A stretch of 63,964 bases of DNA, the filler included, from Stramenopiles sp. TOSAG23-3 (lineage: Eukaryota): NCBI GenBank assembly GCA_900128585.1. It is 4 parts of 4 records of this genome, joined end to end, with 100 filler letters (N's around TTAATTAATTAA, not from the genome) between each part and the next. Parts side by side here need not be neighbours in the genome. Positions count along the whole stretch, not along the records: positions 1 to 29,746 come from LT642233.1; 3 more parts are not named here. One strand, given 5' to 3'. The translations under genes were made by a program, and so were the position numbers. Of this stretch, positions 1-9,436 are shown piece after piece (positions within the stretch are counted from its first letter, which is position 1; each line of letters opens with the position of its first letter). Under the pieces are notes generated by a model. It did not search any database and had not been told where the DNA came from. It worked only from the letters and a program-made list of their open reading frames with translations.

Positions 1-1924
1 AGCTGCCAAGTGCCACCATTATTGGGCCGTGCTCGACTATAATTTCTTCGAGATGTACGGCAGAAGATGACGGCACGTCCGTGCCACGTTTGCGTTCCTT
101 GCTAACACTGGATAATGCATTTATCGTTTGGTGCACTGCCTCGATTGCACTGTGCTGTGGTGTTTGCATTTTTGAGATGCGGGGAGGTATGTTTCCAAGC
201 AGTGTATTTGCACAAGCCAGCCCTGACGTGCAAGTGCGTTCCACATCCTCTCCCCCCTCCATCATGACCACCAACCTTCCCCCCGCAAGGCCCAACAGTG
301 GGTAAAGTAGGTGAGCAAAGCCTTCTGGGGTAATTCCAGCTTTTCCTTCAGGCGAGTCAAAGCCTCCACAAACAACTATCAAATCTGGATTGTATGCCCG
401 AGCGGCAGGGATCAATAAATTGTCCCATGCGTACAAATACTCCGCATTACCCATATCACAGTTAGACCATTCTACGTTCATGTTAAATCCGATCCCCTTC
501 CCCTCGCCAATGTTGTTGAAACTGCCTGGGTCTTCCGCACCTTTGGGGTCCCCTTTCAAATGGATCGAAAAATATAGGACCGAGGGGTCGTCAAGAAATA
601 TGCTCTGGGTTCCCTTTCCATGATTGTTGCCCCAATCAACGATCAAAACTTTCTTTACGTCCGGTTCATTTTCAATTGCAGACTTAACGGCAACAGCGAC
701 TGAATTAAAAAAGTGTGAACCAGGTGTAAACTTTGGTCCCGACTGATGGCCTGGGGGGTCCACAACTACAATTCCACAGTTACACTCACCGACGACAACC
801 TTGTTCAGGAGATCAATCGCCCCTCCTACACTAAGCATTGATGTCGCAAAAGTGTCCTGCTTTGTGTGCTTCAAAGAACCAAGATATCTATCGTTCGTGC
901 CCTCTTCTTTTGTTTCAAACCTGTCAGTGATTTTTTCGACCTGCTCTTTGCTGTGAACCAAAAGGACTTCGTCCAACGTTGCTGCCCGGGCGGGCACCTT
1001 CGCGAGGCGGTCAAAAAGTCCAGCAGTCTCGAAGGCGGTGGCGATAGAGATAAGGGGTGGTGAACCATCCCTGCCTTCCAGACCGGTATGGAGGCTCATC
1101 CGCTCGTCCAAGACTATGCCAACAACTCTACGATCCCCCGAAGCTTTAAATTTTTCCTGAAATATGTTCGACGCGGATTCCGCCGCCTCCATGGCTTTCA
1201 AATCTCGCTGGTAGTGACCCAGTGCCATCTTCTGCTCTTGAGATCCTGTTGGATCGGCCGACTCCCTTAGACTGGATTCTAAATTCCGAATTTTTGTCTT
1301 GGTTTTTTGAAAGCGAAGCATCCACGAGTAATTGTTGTTACTGTTTAGCTGTAAGAATCTGAAGTTTGTTCCTGCGCTACTGGACGTGGTTTGCTCGACC
1401 ACCTCTTCCCCTTCTCCAACTTGTAATTTTGGGAAATGGTGGTTTTCTGTTACAATTCTAATGCCTAGCGTCAGCAATGTCAAACTCGTCTCGTAAAATT
1501 GAAGCAAATGCCGCATATCTGGCATCTTGAAGTGCAATACCAAAGACGGGTCTGTTCCTCCTTTCAAGAGCGCTCCCTTCAAAAAATTAGTGTTGTCTCT
1601 GTCTAGGGGGAAAAATGTAAGCAAGTGATCGACCCTCTCGGAGTGTGCGACTGCCACGCCACGACTGCGAAAGTCTTCTCCTTTCTCAAAAATTTGGGCA
1701 CGGCAACCGTAAATTTTTGCGGCAACAATCGGTATTCTAATGTCTATTGAATCTCCGATACAGATTAAGCAGTCTCCGCTTTTAAATCGAACATTTTCCA
1801 AAAGAAATTCCGGATTATCGCTGCACGTTTCAGTCGCACTTTTATAGCGTATTTTCAACAGTAGGCTGTAAGCTTGAGCAGCTGCCAACCTTTCAGCTGT
1901 ATACTTGTCGGCTGGGGCCTGCAT
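1..1924 (-). CDS. Degenerate class I SAM-methyltransferase-like domain fused to a catalytically degenerate class II histone deacetylase domain (3'-partial, runs off the window)
   Basis: Manual translation from ATG at 1924 gives 641 stop-free codons to the window edge; it is absent from the ORF track because no stop is reached. HDAC-like motifs: GIVLDERMSLH, ARAATLDEVLLVHS, DPPGHQS, GSHFFNSVAVA, KVLIVDWGNNHGKGTQ, DDPSVLYFSIH, GEGKGIGFNMNV, YNPDLIVVCGGFDS, LAGGRLVVMMEGGE. The N-terminal CLICIGDSIDIRIPIVAAKIYGCRA...GIRIVTENHHF resembles the DLGxGDGRIxIxAAKxYG...GxRIVS methyltransferase pattern. Confidence 0.85.
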   Translation of the reverse strand, partial: MQAPADKYTAERLAAAQAYSLLLKIRYKSATETCSDNPEFLLENVRFKSGDCLICIGDSIDIRIPIVAAKIYGCRAQIFEKGEDFRSRGVAVAHSERVDHLLTFFPLDRDNTNFLKGALLKGGTDPSLVLHFKMPDMRHLLQFYETSLTLLTLGIRIVTENHHFPKLQVGEGEEVVEQTTSSSAGTNFRFLQLNSNNNYSWMLRFQKTKTKIRNLESSLRESADPTGSQEQKMALGHYQRDLKAMEAAESASNIFQEKFKASGDRRVVGIVLDERMSLHTGLEGRDGSPPLISIATAFETAGLFDRLAKVPARAATLDEVLLVHSKEQVEKITDRFETKEEGTNDRYLGSLKHTKQDTFATSMLSVGGAIDLLNKVVVGECNCGIVVVDPPGHQSGPKFTPGSHFFNSVAVAVKSAIENEPDVKKVLIVDWGNNHGKGTQSIFLDDPSVLYFSIHLKGDPKGAEDPGSFNNIGEGKGIGFNMNVEWSNCDMGNAEYLYAWDNLLIPAARAYNPDLIVVCGGFDSPEGKAGITPEGFAHLLYPLLGLAGGRLVVMMEGGEDVERTCTSGLACANTLLGNIPPRISKMQTPQHSAIEAVHQTINALSSVSKERKRGTDVPSSSAVHLEEIIVEHGPIMVALGS

Positions 1925-2756
1925 TTTTTTACTGCACTCCTTGGAGTTACAGAAATGTCCTTGTATAAACACGTCCCAACTGAAGGTGTATTTGTGCCAA
2001 AGTGACTGCTCAACCTTGAAGAAATATGTCCTGCTTCGGGAAGGCGGAGGCAGCCAGAGGAAAGTTAAGGTACCGGTACCTGTACAGTATCCGTTCAATG
2101 TTTCTTGCAAAACAGATTCTACTTTTTGTTGGTCGTCGGTAGTAGAAAAAAAATAAAGAAGAAGATAATAATAAAATAAGAAGAAGAAGCTTAAAATAAG
2201 ATATAGATGCTGCAGCGATATATTAGTGTCTATATAATACCAAGTACCGACAGATACGGGAACGAAGTTCAGGAGTTATTATTGTTGAGGTGTGACTACA
2301 ACAACTGGCAGACACGGGTGTGCCGGTTCGAACTACTTGAATACGGTGGTCGTGGAAACCATTTGGAAAATATTGGTAGTAATTGAAGACGACGTGCCAC
2401 ATCACCATGCTGCAGCTGTTTGTTGCGGTCTTGAGTCTTGAGGCGTTCCATTGACTTCTCATGCTGCTGCTGCTGCCAATCTCAAATCTGAATTTCGTCA
2501 GCCTTGTTGTTGTAGTTTTATTTTGATCTAGTGAATATTATTTAGACCTTGGTAATAATTATTTCACGATGAATTAACAATTTTTCAACGGTTTCAACGC
2601 AATGCTTTGAATACAATTTTTCCTTAACAATATTAATTGCACAAAAGCTCTTCAATACGTTCAAAATACTTGAAGTTCTTCACAGTGTGTTCTCCCGAAC
2701 AAGTCAAATTCATCGTTTTGAGAGCAATAGTTTCGACCTGTAAGAAGTCACCGCCC

Positions 2757-4731
2757 ATGAAGGTTCAAAAAAACCCGCTTCAGGTGTCGAAGCCGAAAAA
2801 GTTGCCTAGGGCTTCCAGTGCAACAAGTTTTAAAAAGCAGGTCTCGATAACGATGCGAAAAGTGAGCGCCCGGTCGTCTGAAAGCAGTAATGACGCTAAG
2901 GGTCAAATTACGTTTCGCCGTGTAGTTGGGATTAAGGAGATTTTGATACTGGTAGTCGCGCTTACAATTAGTGCGCTGCATACGGTTATCATCGTTTTAT
3001 CTTCCATATATAGTCCGAATTTTTATCGGAGGTGGTGGTACGCGGCCTTTTTCATTGTTTCAGCAATTGCCTACTTTGCCCTGGTGGTGTATTTTTTAAT
3101 CCGTTGGAAAGTTATTGCCGAATGGTGGATACGAAAACAGCTATTACTGGCAGGAAAATCAAAAAATAGAAATTCGGTGATTCCGACAAAATCTTTTTTC
3201 GCTGAAAAGTCTGCCCTTGATCAAATCGTTTGTTAATGAGCTGATGGAGGACTACTGGCAATTGTACGCTCTCGTGACCGTGCACTTGTGTACGCTTCCA
3301 ATTGAAATTACGACCGTATTTTTCTTCATCCTTGTGGGAGAAACTGCGTACAGGTTTTATATGAATTCCAAGGCGCTGTTTCCCAGTGGCAACAAGCACA
3401 TCACGGTTCACGAGAGGGACACGCAAGTCACCGTAGACATGTTTGTCGACGTTTTTTTCTTAATAGTCCCCCTTGCAATGTATCGTTTCGTCGTGTTCGT
3501 GGATCTGCCTGTACAAGATTTGTTTTTGCTGACGTTTATGCCAACCGTTACTGTCTTCACTAAAATAAAAGAATTGATCGAAGATGCCATCTGCATTAAT
3601 GCCGAAACCTTAATTGCAGAACACCAAGAAGCGCTCTCCGAGAGACGGTCTCGGCGTAGACAAAGCTTGTTTGGGAATCTGTCCTTCAACGAAGCAGTTG
3701 CTGTTAACCAAAACAGGTACTTTCCGAAGAAAGCCAAAATTGCCGTGGCGTTGCTCTCGTTATTTTACTGTTTGTTTACAATGACGCTAGCAATATTTCA
3801 ACTGGCTTCTTCTGGTGCAATGACTAAAGCTTGTAATTCCGAACAAACCGAGCTTATTTGGAAGAATTGCCAAGTGAAAGTATTCTTTTGTCGATCCTTT
3901 TTTGAACCATCGTGCAACTGCGCCGTGCTGGATGTGAAGAAGCACAACATTACAGAATTACCAGATAAGTTTACGGGTTTAAATGCATTGCGAAAGATGA
4001 CGTTTCGTGATGGACCGTTGGAGAGCTTGCCAGAGGGGATGAAGGGGTTTACATCAATTAGTGAATTGAATGTTGCGTTTACAAATTTGCAAGCCTTTGA
4101 TGTAGATATCAGTGGCTGGGAAAAATTAATAATGTTCCGCTTGCGGTACAACAAAATGAATCGCCTGCACCCTTCCGTTTGGGTTCATAAAGGACTGATT
4201 AATTTAGTGCTGAATGATAATGTTGGCCTGAATTTTCCGAGTGACCCCGCGGCAGTGTACCTGCCGTCGTTGAGTCTCATTACACTACAGAACAATAGTG
4301 TCATAATCCCCAAATCGTTAAACAGTGAACAACTGCCTTTGCTGAGATGGCTTTATGTCAACGGGAATACCATAGCTTCCCCCGCGTTTCTGCTACAGAA
4401 TAATAAACGTTTGACTATGGTAGGCGTTTCGAGATGCAATTTGACTAACTTGCCGTTTTCGGAAACGGGGGCTTCGCAACTGCAGTATTTGGATGCACGG
4501 GACAACAACATTACGCACATTAGCAAATCTTTAGAAAATGTAGTTGCAGCAGGTGGGGACGATAACTTTTTCTTCGCTAGAAACCCGGTGTGCAAGTCAA
4601 ATGAGGCTTTAAACTGTAAACCTTCATGTTCCAAATACTGTTGGGGAAAGAAGCATGCGGCCTTTAATAAAGTATGTGACCCAGGATGTAATACACAAAA
4701 GTGCGAGTATGATTGGGGTGATTGTGTTTAG
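2757..4731 (+). CDS. Multi-pass membrane protein with leucine-rich repeats and a C-terminal LNR(Notch)-like module; split by an apparent frameshift near 3181-3236
   Basis: ORF 2637-3236 (first ATG 2757) has two TM helices. The overlapping +1-frame ORF 3217-4731 (TTG start) continues with TM helices, a CNCAVL cap, LRRs (LPDKFTGLNALRKM, LQYLDARDNNI) and CDPGCNTQKCEYDWGDC. Confidence 0.7.
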
Positions 4732-4841
4732 ATGTCTTCACAAATATAAATACGTGTACTAAATTATTTTTATTTAAGTGTTTTTTTGTTTTTAGATTCT
4801 TAAAAAATAAAAACTCTCCTATCCCAGGCAAATCCCAAACA

Positions 4842-5831
4842 TTAAGTAGCCCCGACCGATCCCTGGAGTAACCTGCGGCGTCGCCCCAAGCTGACTGTTC
4901 CTCCGCCTCCGCCACTACTGGGGCTACCAAGTCCAACTGACGTGCTCCCAACTGTCGTTGAACCACCACCTGACGTGCTGGGCGGCATGCACGCCGCAGC
5001 AGATCCTACGCACCAATCGAACAAAGCATCAACGTCGTTTACAATAACCAAGCCATCGTACCCATGAGTGTTGTGGCAGGTTATGGGGGCCTTAACCCGA
5101 CGAGATGTACCTCCTACAGTGTACTCTGGTTCCGGGAGGCTGAGTTCACCTACGTCCAGGCCAAGTGCGGGATCTACGTCACAGCAAGTCCCGACTGTCA
5201 TGGGCATTCGGACCAGTTGGCACAAACCACTGTTGTACGAACTGTGTCCTGAATTGCTGCAGTCGAACTCGTATACGGAATGAGTTGCAGTCTGAATTGG
5301 GTTCTGTGGTGAAGCGCTGCTCAACGTTGCAGTCTTCAGGTTTGGTGTCCAGGGCTGGGTGACATCAAAATGGTTCGTTCCCTTCGCCACTACCAATGAA
5401 TACTTACCAGATTGCCCCAATCTATGGAAGCATTTGTTGCTGTCGGTAAGGGCTGTTGACGATGATGATGGCGATACCGAAGTGGATCCCGAAGAGCTAC
5501 TGCCCGAAGTGGGGCTCGAAGTGGATCCCGAAGAGCTACTGCCCGAAGTGCTCCCTACTTTCCCTACCGTAGAGGCAACCGAAGTGCTTCCTACCGTAGT
5601 GCGAAGACTATGTATTGTTGTCACTTTGGCACTGGCTACTTTTCTTACAGTATCTGTCTTGGCTGCTCTTCTTACAGTATATTTCTTGGCTGCAGTAGTT
5701 TTTGTGGCTGTTTTTCTTCCAGTACTTTTTGCGGCTACTTTTTTTGGACCAAGAAGATGCCACGTCCCCTCGGCAGCAGACGCACTGCCTACGGCAGCCA
5801 GCACAAGTGCACAGACAATAGTGACGCGCAT
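4842..5831 (-). CDS. Secreted protein: signal peptide, K/T/A-rich and Ser-rich linkers, Cys-containing domain, C-terminal RRRRLL motif
   Basis: 329-aa ORF with a clear signal peptide MRVTIVCALVLAAVGSASA, followed by low-complexity linkers and a globular region with several Cys. Confidence 0.75.
   Translation of the reverse strand: MRVTIVCALVLAAVGSASAAEGTWHLLGPKKVAAKSTGRKTATKTTAAKKYTVRRAAKTDTVRKVASAKVTTIHSLRTTVGSTSVASTVGKVGSTSGSSSSGSTSSPTSGSSSSGSTSVSPSSSSTALTDSNKCFHRLGQSGKYSLVVAKGTNHFDVTQPWTPNLKTATLSSASPQNPIQTATHSVYEFDCSNSGHSSYNSGLCQLVRMPMTVGTCCDVDPALGLDVGELSLPEPEYTVGGTSRRVKAPITCHNTHGYDGLVIVNDVDALFDWCVGSAAACMPPSTSGGGSTTVGSTSVGLGSPSSGGGGGTVSLGRRRRLLQGSVGAT
5478..5550. repeat. Coding tandem duplication, 39-bp period
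   Basis: CGAAGTGGATCCCGAAGAGCTACTGCCCGAAGTG at 5478-5511 and 5517-5550, encoding TSGSSSSGSTS twice. Confidence 0.9.
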
Positions 5832-6820
5832 AATTACTTGTTCAAACTTTAGTTTTAAGATTCACTCGTCTCGGGTGTATGGTGAGTGCTCTGGACCGCG
5901 TTGAAAACACGAAGGTGGCTAACTCTCTTCAAAAAAAGTGGTATCGCCAATTGATTACTCATACAAATACGAAAATGAATGTGTTGTTCGGTTTTCTCTT
6001 TACATTACACACCAGCGGCAGTGCAGTCGATTATCCCCCCCCCCTTTTTTTTACCTTCATTTTTGGTTTTCTGCTGGTTCACTTTATATTTAGAAAGAGG
6101 TCGTATCATTAATGCTGTGTTCATTTTGGCTCCTCCCATTCTTGTATATACCTGCATTTTGATTAAACGATAGGTAATAATAATATTACAATACTTTCAT
6201 ACATATTATAACTACAATATTATAATGTAGATTTTCTCCTTCGTATTCCTATATTAGAGATTTCGTAGTCTGTATGGTATCTTCTATAGATATCTTATTC
6301 TTCATTCACTCAAGTTTCTGCTCATAAACTTTAACTCCAACACTTATATAAATAGATTGAACCTCCTATCAATAAGTACAATTATTATCTATACTAGGAA
6401 CAAACAATAAGCCAATCACATTTTAATATGTCAGGGACAGTGCAGAGGTCAAGTGCCATCAAGGCTGGTGCTGGTGAATAGTATTAATATATAATACGAA
6501 GTAAGTACCGAAGTTTCATAATAATTGGAATAATCGATCCTCTTTAAGAAAATGAAGAGGAGCGAGGAGGTGTTATTTATATATAAATATATGCAAACCT
6601 CAAAAATGTAAAATAGGATTATTTTTAGACGGAATAATTATAATAGTATTACTTTCACATCTATCTTTTTTAATAATAATATAGGAGGAAAAGAGAATCC
6701 AAAGTTTTACTCGAAAATTCTTCAACGGTGTGTTTCAGGTGCGCAAGAATGAAACGTTCTTCGATTCTTTTTTTTCTTTAAAGCTGGGAAAGAAGTTATA
6801 GAAAACTTATCGGGGGGACC

Positions 6821-9262
6821 ATGGGGCAAGGCTTGAGTTCAAAGGATTCGATCCCTGCCCATCAGCTGGAATACAGCCACCGCGATGAATATGGGAACGC
6901 GCAGAAATTTACTAGAACCTTAAGCCACAATGAACGGTATAAAATACACTCCAAAGCCGATGGCAGAGGCAAGATCACCATGGGCATCCACCGAACATTA
7001 TTTCACCATACTAGCGCAAAAACAGTTGGGAAAGGCCACACAGTAAATAGGGGGAAAGGCGGTGTAGGCGCTTTTAAGAATTACGGGGATACCACCGATA
7101 AATATGGGAGACCATTGACCGCGTTAGAGCTCCTTAAAAAGGCTGAAAATGACAGAAAACTTGAAGCGATTCGAATGGAAAGGAAGAAAAGGGAAGAAAT
7201 GTACCAGAGCGTGAACAACAAGTATTCCAACATTAAGCTTAATGCTTCACAACAAAAAGCTGAAGGGGACGAACCCGCGCTGGCCGCGTTCAATCGCCAG
7301 CAAGCTATACTGGAGGCGAAACAGGGCTTACAGGGAAAGGCAAAGTCGGCGGGAAGGGCAGGCATGAGAGCGCTAGAGCAAAGAATAGCTGAGCGACAGC
7401 GGCAACACCAACAAGAAGAAGAGTCCAAGAAACCGCCCGTCACGAACACCTTCAGCAATTTAAACAACGCGGGAGTAAAAACGTCTCCTATCCAAAGAAG
7501 GCGTTATTGGAATAGTCGGAACGATAGTAATACTGATGGAGCAGGTGATCAAAACGCTGGAGATGGGGTTGGGGAAAGAAGAAGTTCGAGTCCCTATGTC
7601 CTTGACAGTGGGCAATTTGCCAGCGAGCAACAGCGGAGACCACTTGCGGCACCATTGAAGCTTCCAGCAAGGGCTAGACCGAGAAGTGCGGACAGGCAGC
7701 AGCAAAGCCATCAAAGTATTGGAGACAGGTTTAGACAGCTTCAAAGGTCGCAGAGCCAGACTGCGGCCACCTACGGAGAGCACGATTATAACAGTACCTC
7801 CTATGACAGTGGTTATGCTGAAGAAAGCAGCCAATCTTCGGAGAGCGCGCAGTCGCGTGCATATAGACGACGAAACGAAAGACGTAATGGTGTGGGTGCA
7901 ATAGACGCAGCGGTTGGATCCCACTACAATGCCCAAATCGCTGCAGCAGAAAACGTTGCGAATGCTGCTGAGGGGCAAGGACCTAACGTGCGTGCCAGAG
8001 TAGCCGCGCTGCCGCATGGGTGGGTCCAGTATTGGGATCCGAACGAGCAAAAGCATTATTATTACCATGCGGTGAGCAAAAAGTCCCAATGGGAGGTGCC
8101 TGCACCGGTTGCAAAATTAGACACCTACAAGAACGCTTCCTTCCGCCGAAAGCGGTTCAAACTTTTGTGCGAAATTGGGGCGTGGAACTCCATGAATGTA
8201 AAAGGTCAACAACTGAAAGTACGGCGTAGGGACATGATGGAGGACAGTTATAACCACATCATGCGAATGGACTACAACAATTTAAAGGCGAAAATGAGAA
8301 TTGTATACGAGGGGGAAACGGGTATTGACTCGGGGGGTCTAACAAAAGATTGGTACTTGGAAATTTCACGCCGCCTCCTGTCTAAAGAGTCCCAGCTCTG
8401 CTTGTTCTTGGAGTCAACAAACAACGTATACGTCATTGACCAAAGGTCCAAAATTGCAAACCCGGACTACATTAGGTACTATCGATTTTATGGAAGGCTT
8501 TTGGCAAAAGCAATTTTTGATAGACAAGTAATGGACGCACCCTTGTGCTCAGCGCTGTGGAAAAGAATTATTGGGAAAATACCAGACTTGGAAGACGTGA
8601 AGGAAATTGATAACGTATACTATACGAGCTTGAAGTGGATTCTTGAAAACGATATCACTGATGTCGTAGATGAGACCTTTTCTGTAATGAGAGAGGAGTT
8701 TGGAGCATATGTAGTGGTTGACTTGGTGCCAGGAGGGCGTGAAATTGCGGTAACAAATGATAACAAAGAACTGTACGTTCAAGCAGTCGTAGATTACGTC
8801 TGTGGGGGGTCTGTTGAAGACCAGCTTGCTGCAATTGCAAATGGTGTGTACGAACTTGTCCCAAAAACCACTTTGATAAAATTTACAGCTGCAGAAATCA
8901 AAGAGCTGGTCAATGGTAAAGACGTCGTTGACATCAACGAGTTGAGGGAAGGCGTGCGCTATACTGGTGGGTTTGAAAACGGAGAGCATAAAACCCTTGA
9001 ATGCTTTTGGAAAGCCATGGAGTCCTTCTCGAATCAGACGAGGGAGCAGGTCTTGCGCTTTGTCACTGGTACATCTAAAGTTCCTCTTGATGGTTTTGAT
9101 CCGCCCTTGACCATAACCAGGACGGAAGAGCCCATCGAAACCTTGCCAACCGCCCACACTTGTTTCAACCAACTAGTGTTGCCAGAATACCAATCAATTG
9201 ATCTCCTGGTTGAGAAGCTCATGTACGGTGTTAAGCATGCAGACGGGTTCCACCTATCGTAA
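6821..9262 (+). CDS. NEDD4-like WW + HECT E3 ubiquitin ligase
   Basis: WW domain LPHGWVQYWDPNEQKHYYYHAVSKKSQWEVP; HECT motifs GETGIDSGGLTKDWY, VLRFVTGTSKVP and LPTAHTCFNQLVLPEY (catalytic Cys); C-terminal GFHLS. Confidence 0.95.
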   Translation: MGQGLSSKDSIPAHQLEYSHRDEYGNAQKFTRTLSHNERYKIHSKADGRGKITMGIHRTLFHHTSAKTVGKGHTVNRGKGGVGAFKNYGDTTDKYGRPLTALELLKKAENDRKLEAIRMERKKREEMYQSVNNKYSNIKLNASQQKAEGDEPALAAFNRQQAILEAKQGLQGKAKSAGRAGMRALEQRIAERQRQHQQEEESKKPPVTNTFSNLNNAGVKTSPIQRRRYWNSRNDSNTDGAGDQNAGDGVGERRSSSPYVLDSGQFASEQQRRPLAAPLKLPARARPRSADRQQQSHQSIGDRFRQLQRSQSQTAATYGEHDYNSTSYDSGYAEESSQSSESAQSRAYRRRNERRNGVGAIDAAVGSHYNAQIAAAENVANAAEGQGPNVRARVAALPHGWVQYWDPNEQKHYYYHAVSKKSQWEVPAPVAKLDTYKNASFRRKRFKLLCEIGAWNSMNVKGQQLKVRRRDMMEDSYNHIMRMDYNNLKAKMRIVYEGETGIDSGGLTKDWYLEISRRLLSKESQLCLFLESTNNVYVIDQRSKIANPDYIRYYRFYGRLLAKAIFDRQVMDAPLCSALWKRIIGKIPDLEDVKEIDNVYYTSLKWILENDITDVVDETFSVMREEFGAYVVVDLVPGGREIAVTNDNKELYVQAVVDYVCGGSVEDQLAAIANGVYELVPKTTLIKFTAAEIKELVNGKDVVDINELREGVRYTGGFENGEHKTLECFWKAMESFSNQTREQVLRFVTGTSKVPLDGFDPPLTITRTEEPIETLPTAHTCFNQLVLPEYQSIDLLVEKLMYGVKHADGFHLS

Positions 9263-9436
9263 ACAAACGCCGCCGCCAGTAAGTTTTGATTCCGTCTGTT
9301 AAAATTACAGCTTCATATCATGTATAAAACTTAAATTATAATACACGGGAAGAGCTACGAATTATTATTTTTTGTTTTTCTAACACATGTGTGTGAGTAT
9401 TCTCCCTGCCTCTCTGTCTCTCTCTCTCTTCCGCTT

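Noticed and set aside
81-2156. Short plus-strand ORFs in the track
   Set aside because: They are antisense to, or upstream of, the real minus-strand HDAC-like gene.
2290-2345. GGTTCGAA T-loop-like word suggesting a tRNA
   Set aside because: No T-stem closure, acceptor stem or cloverleaf could be built.
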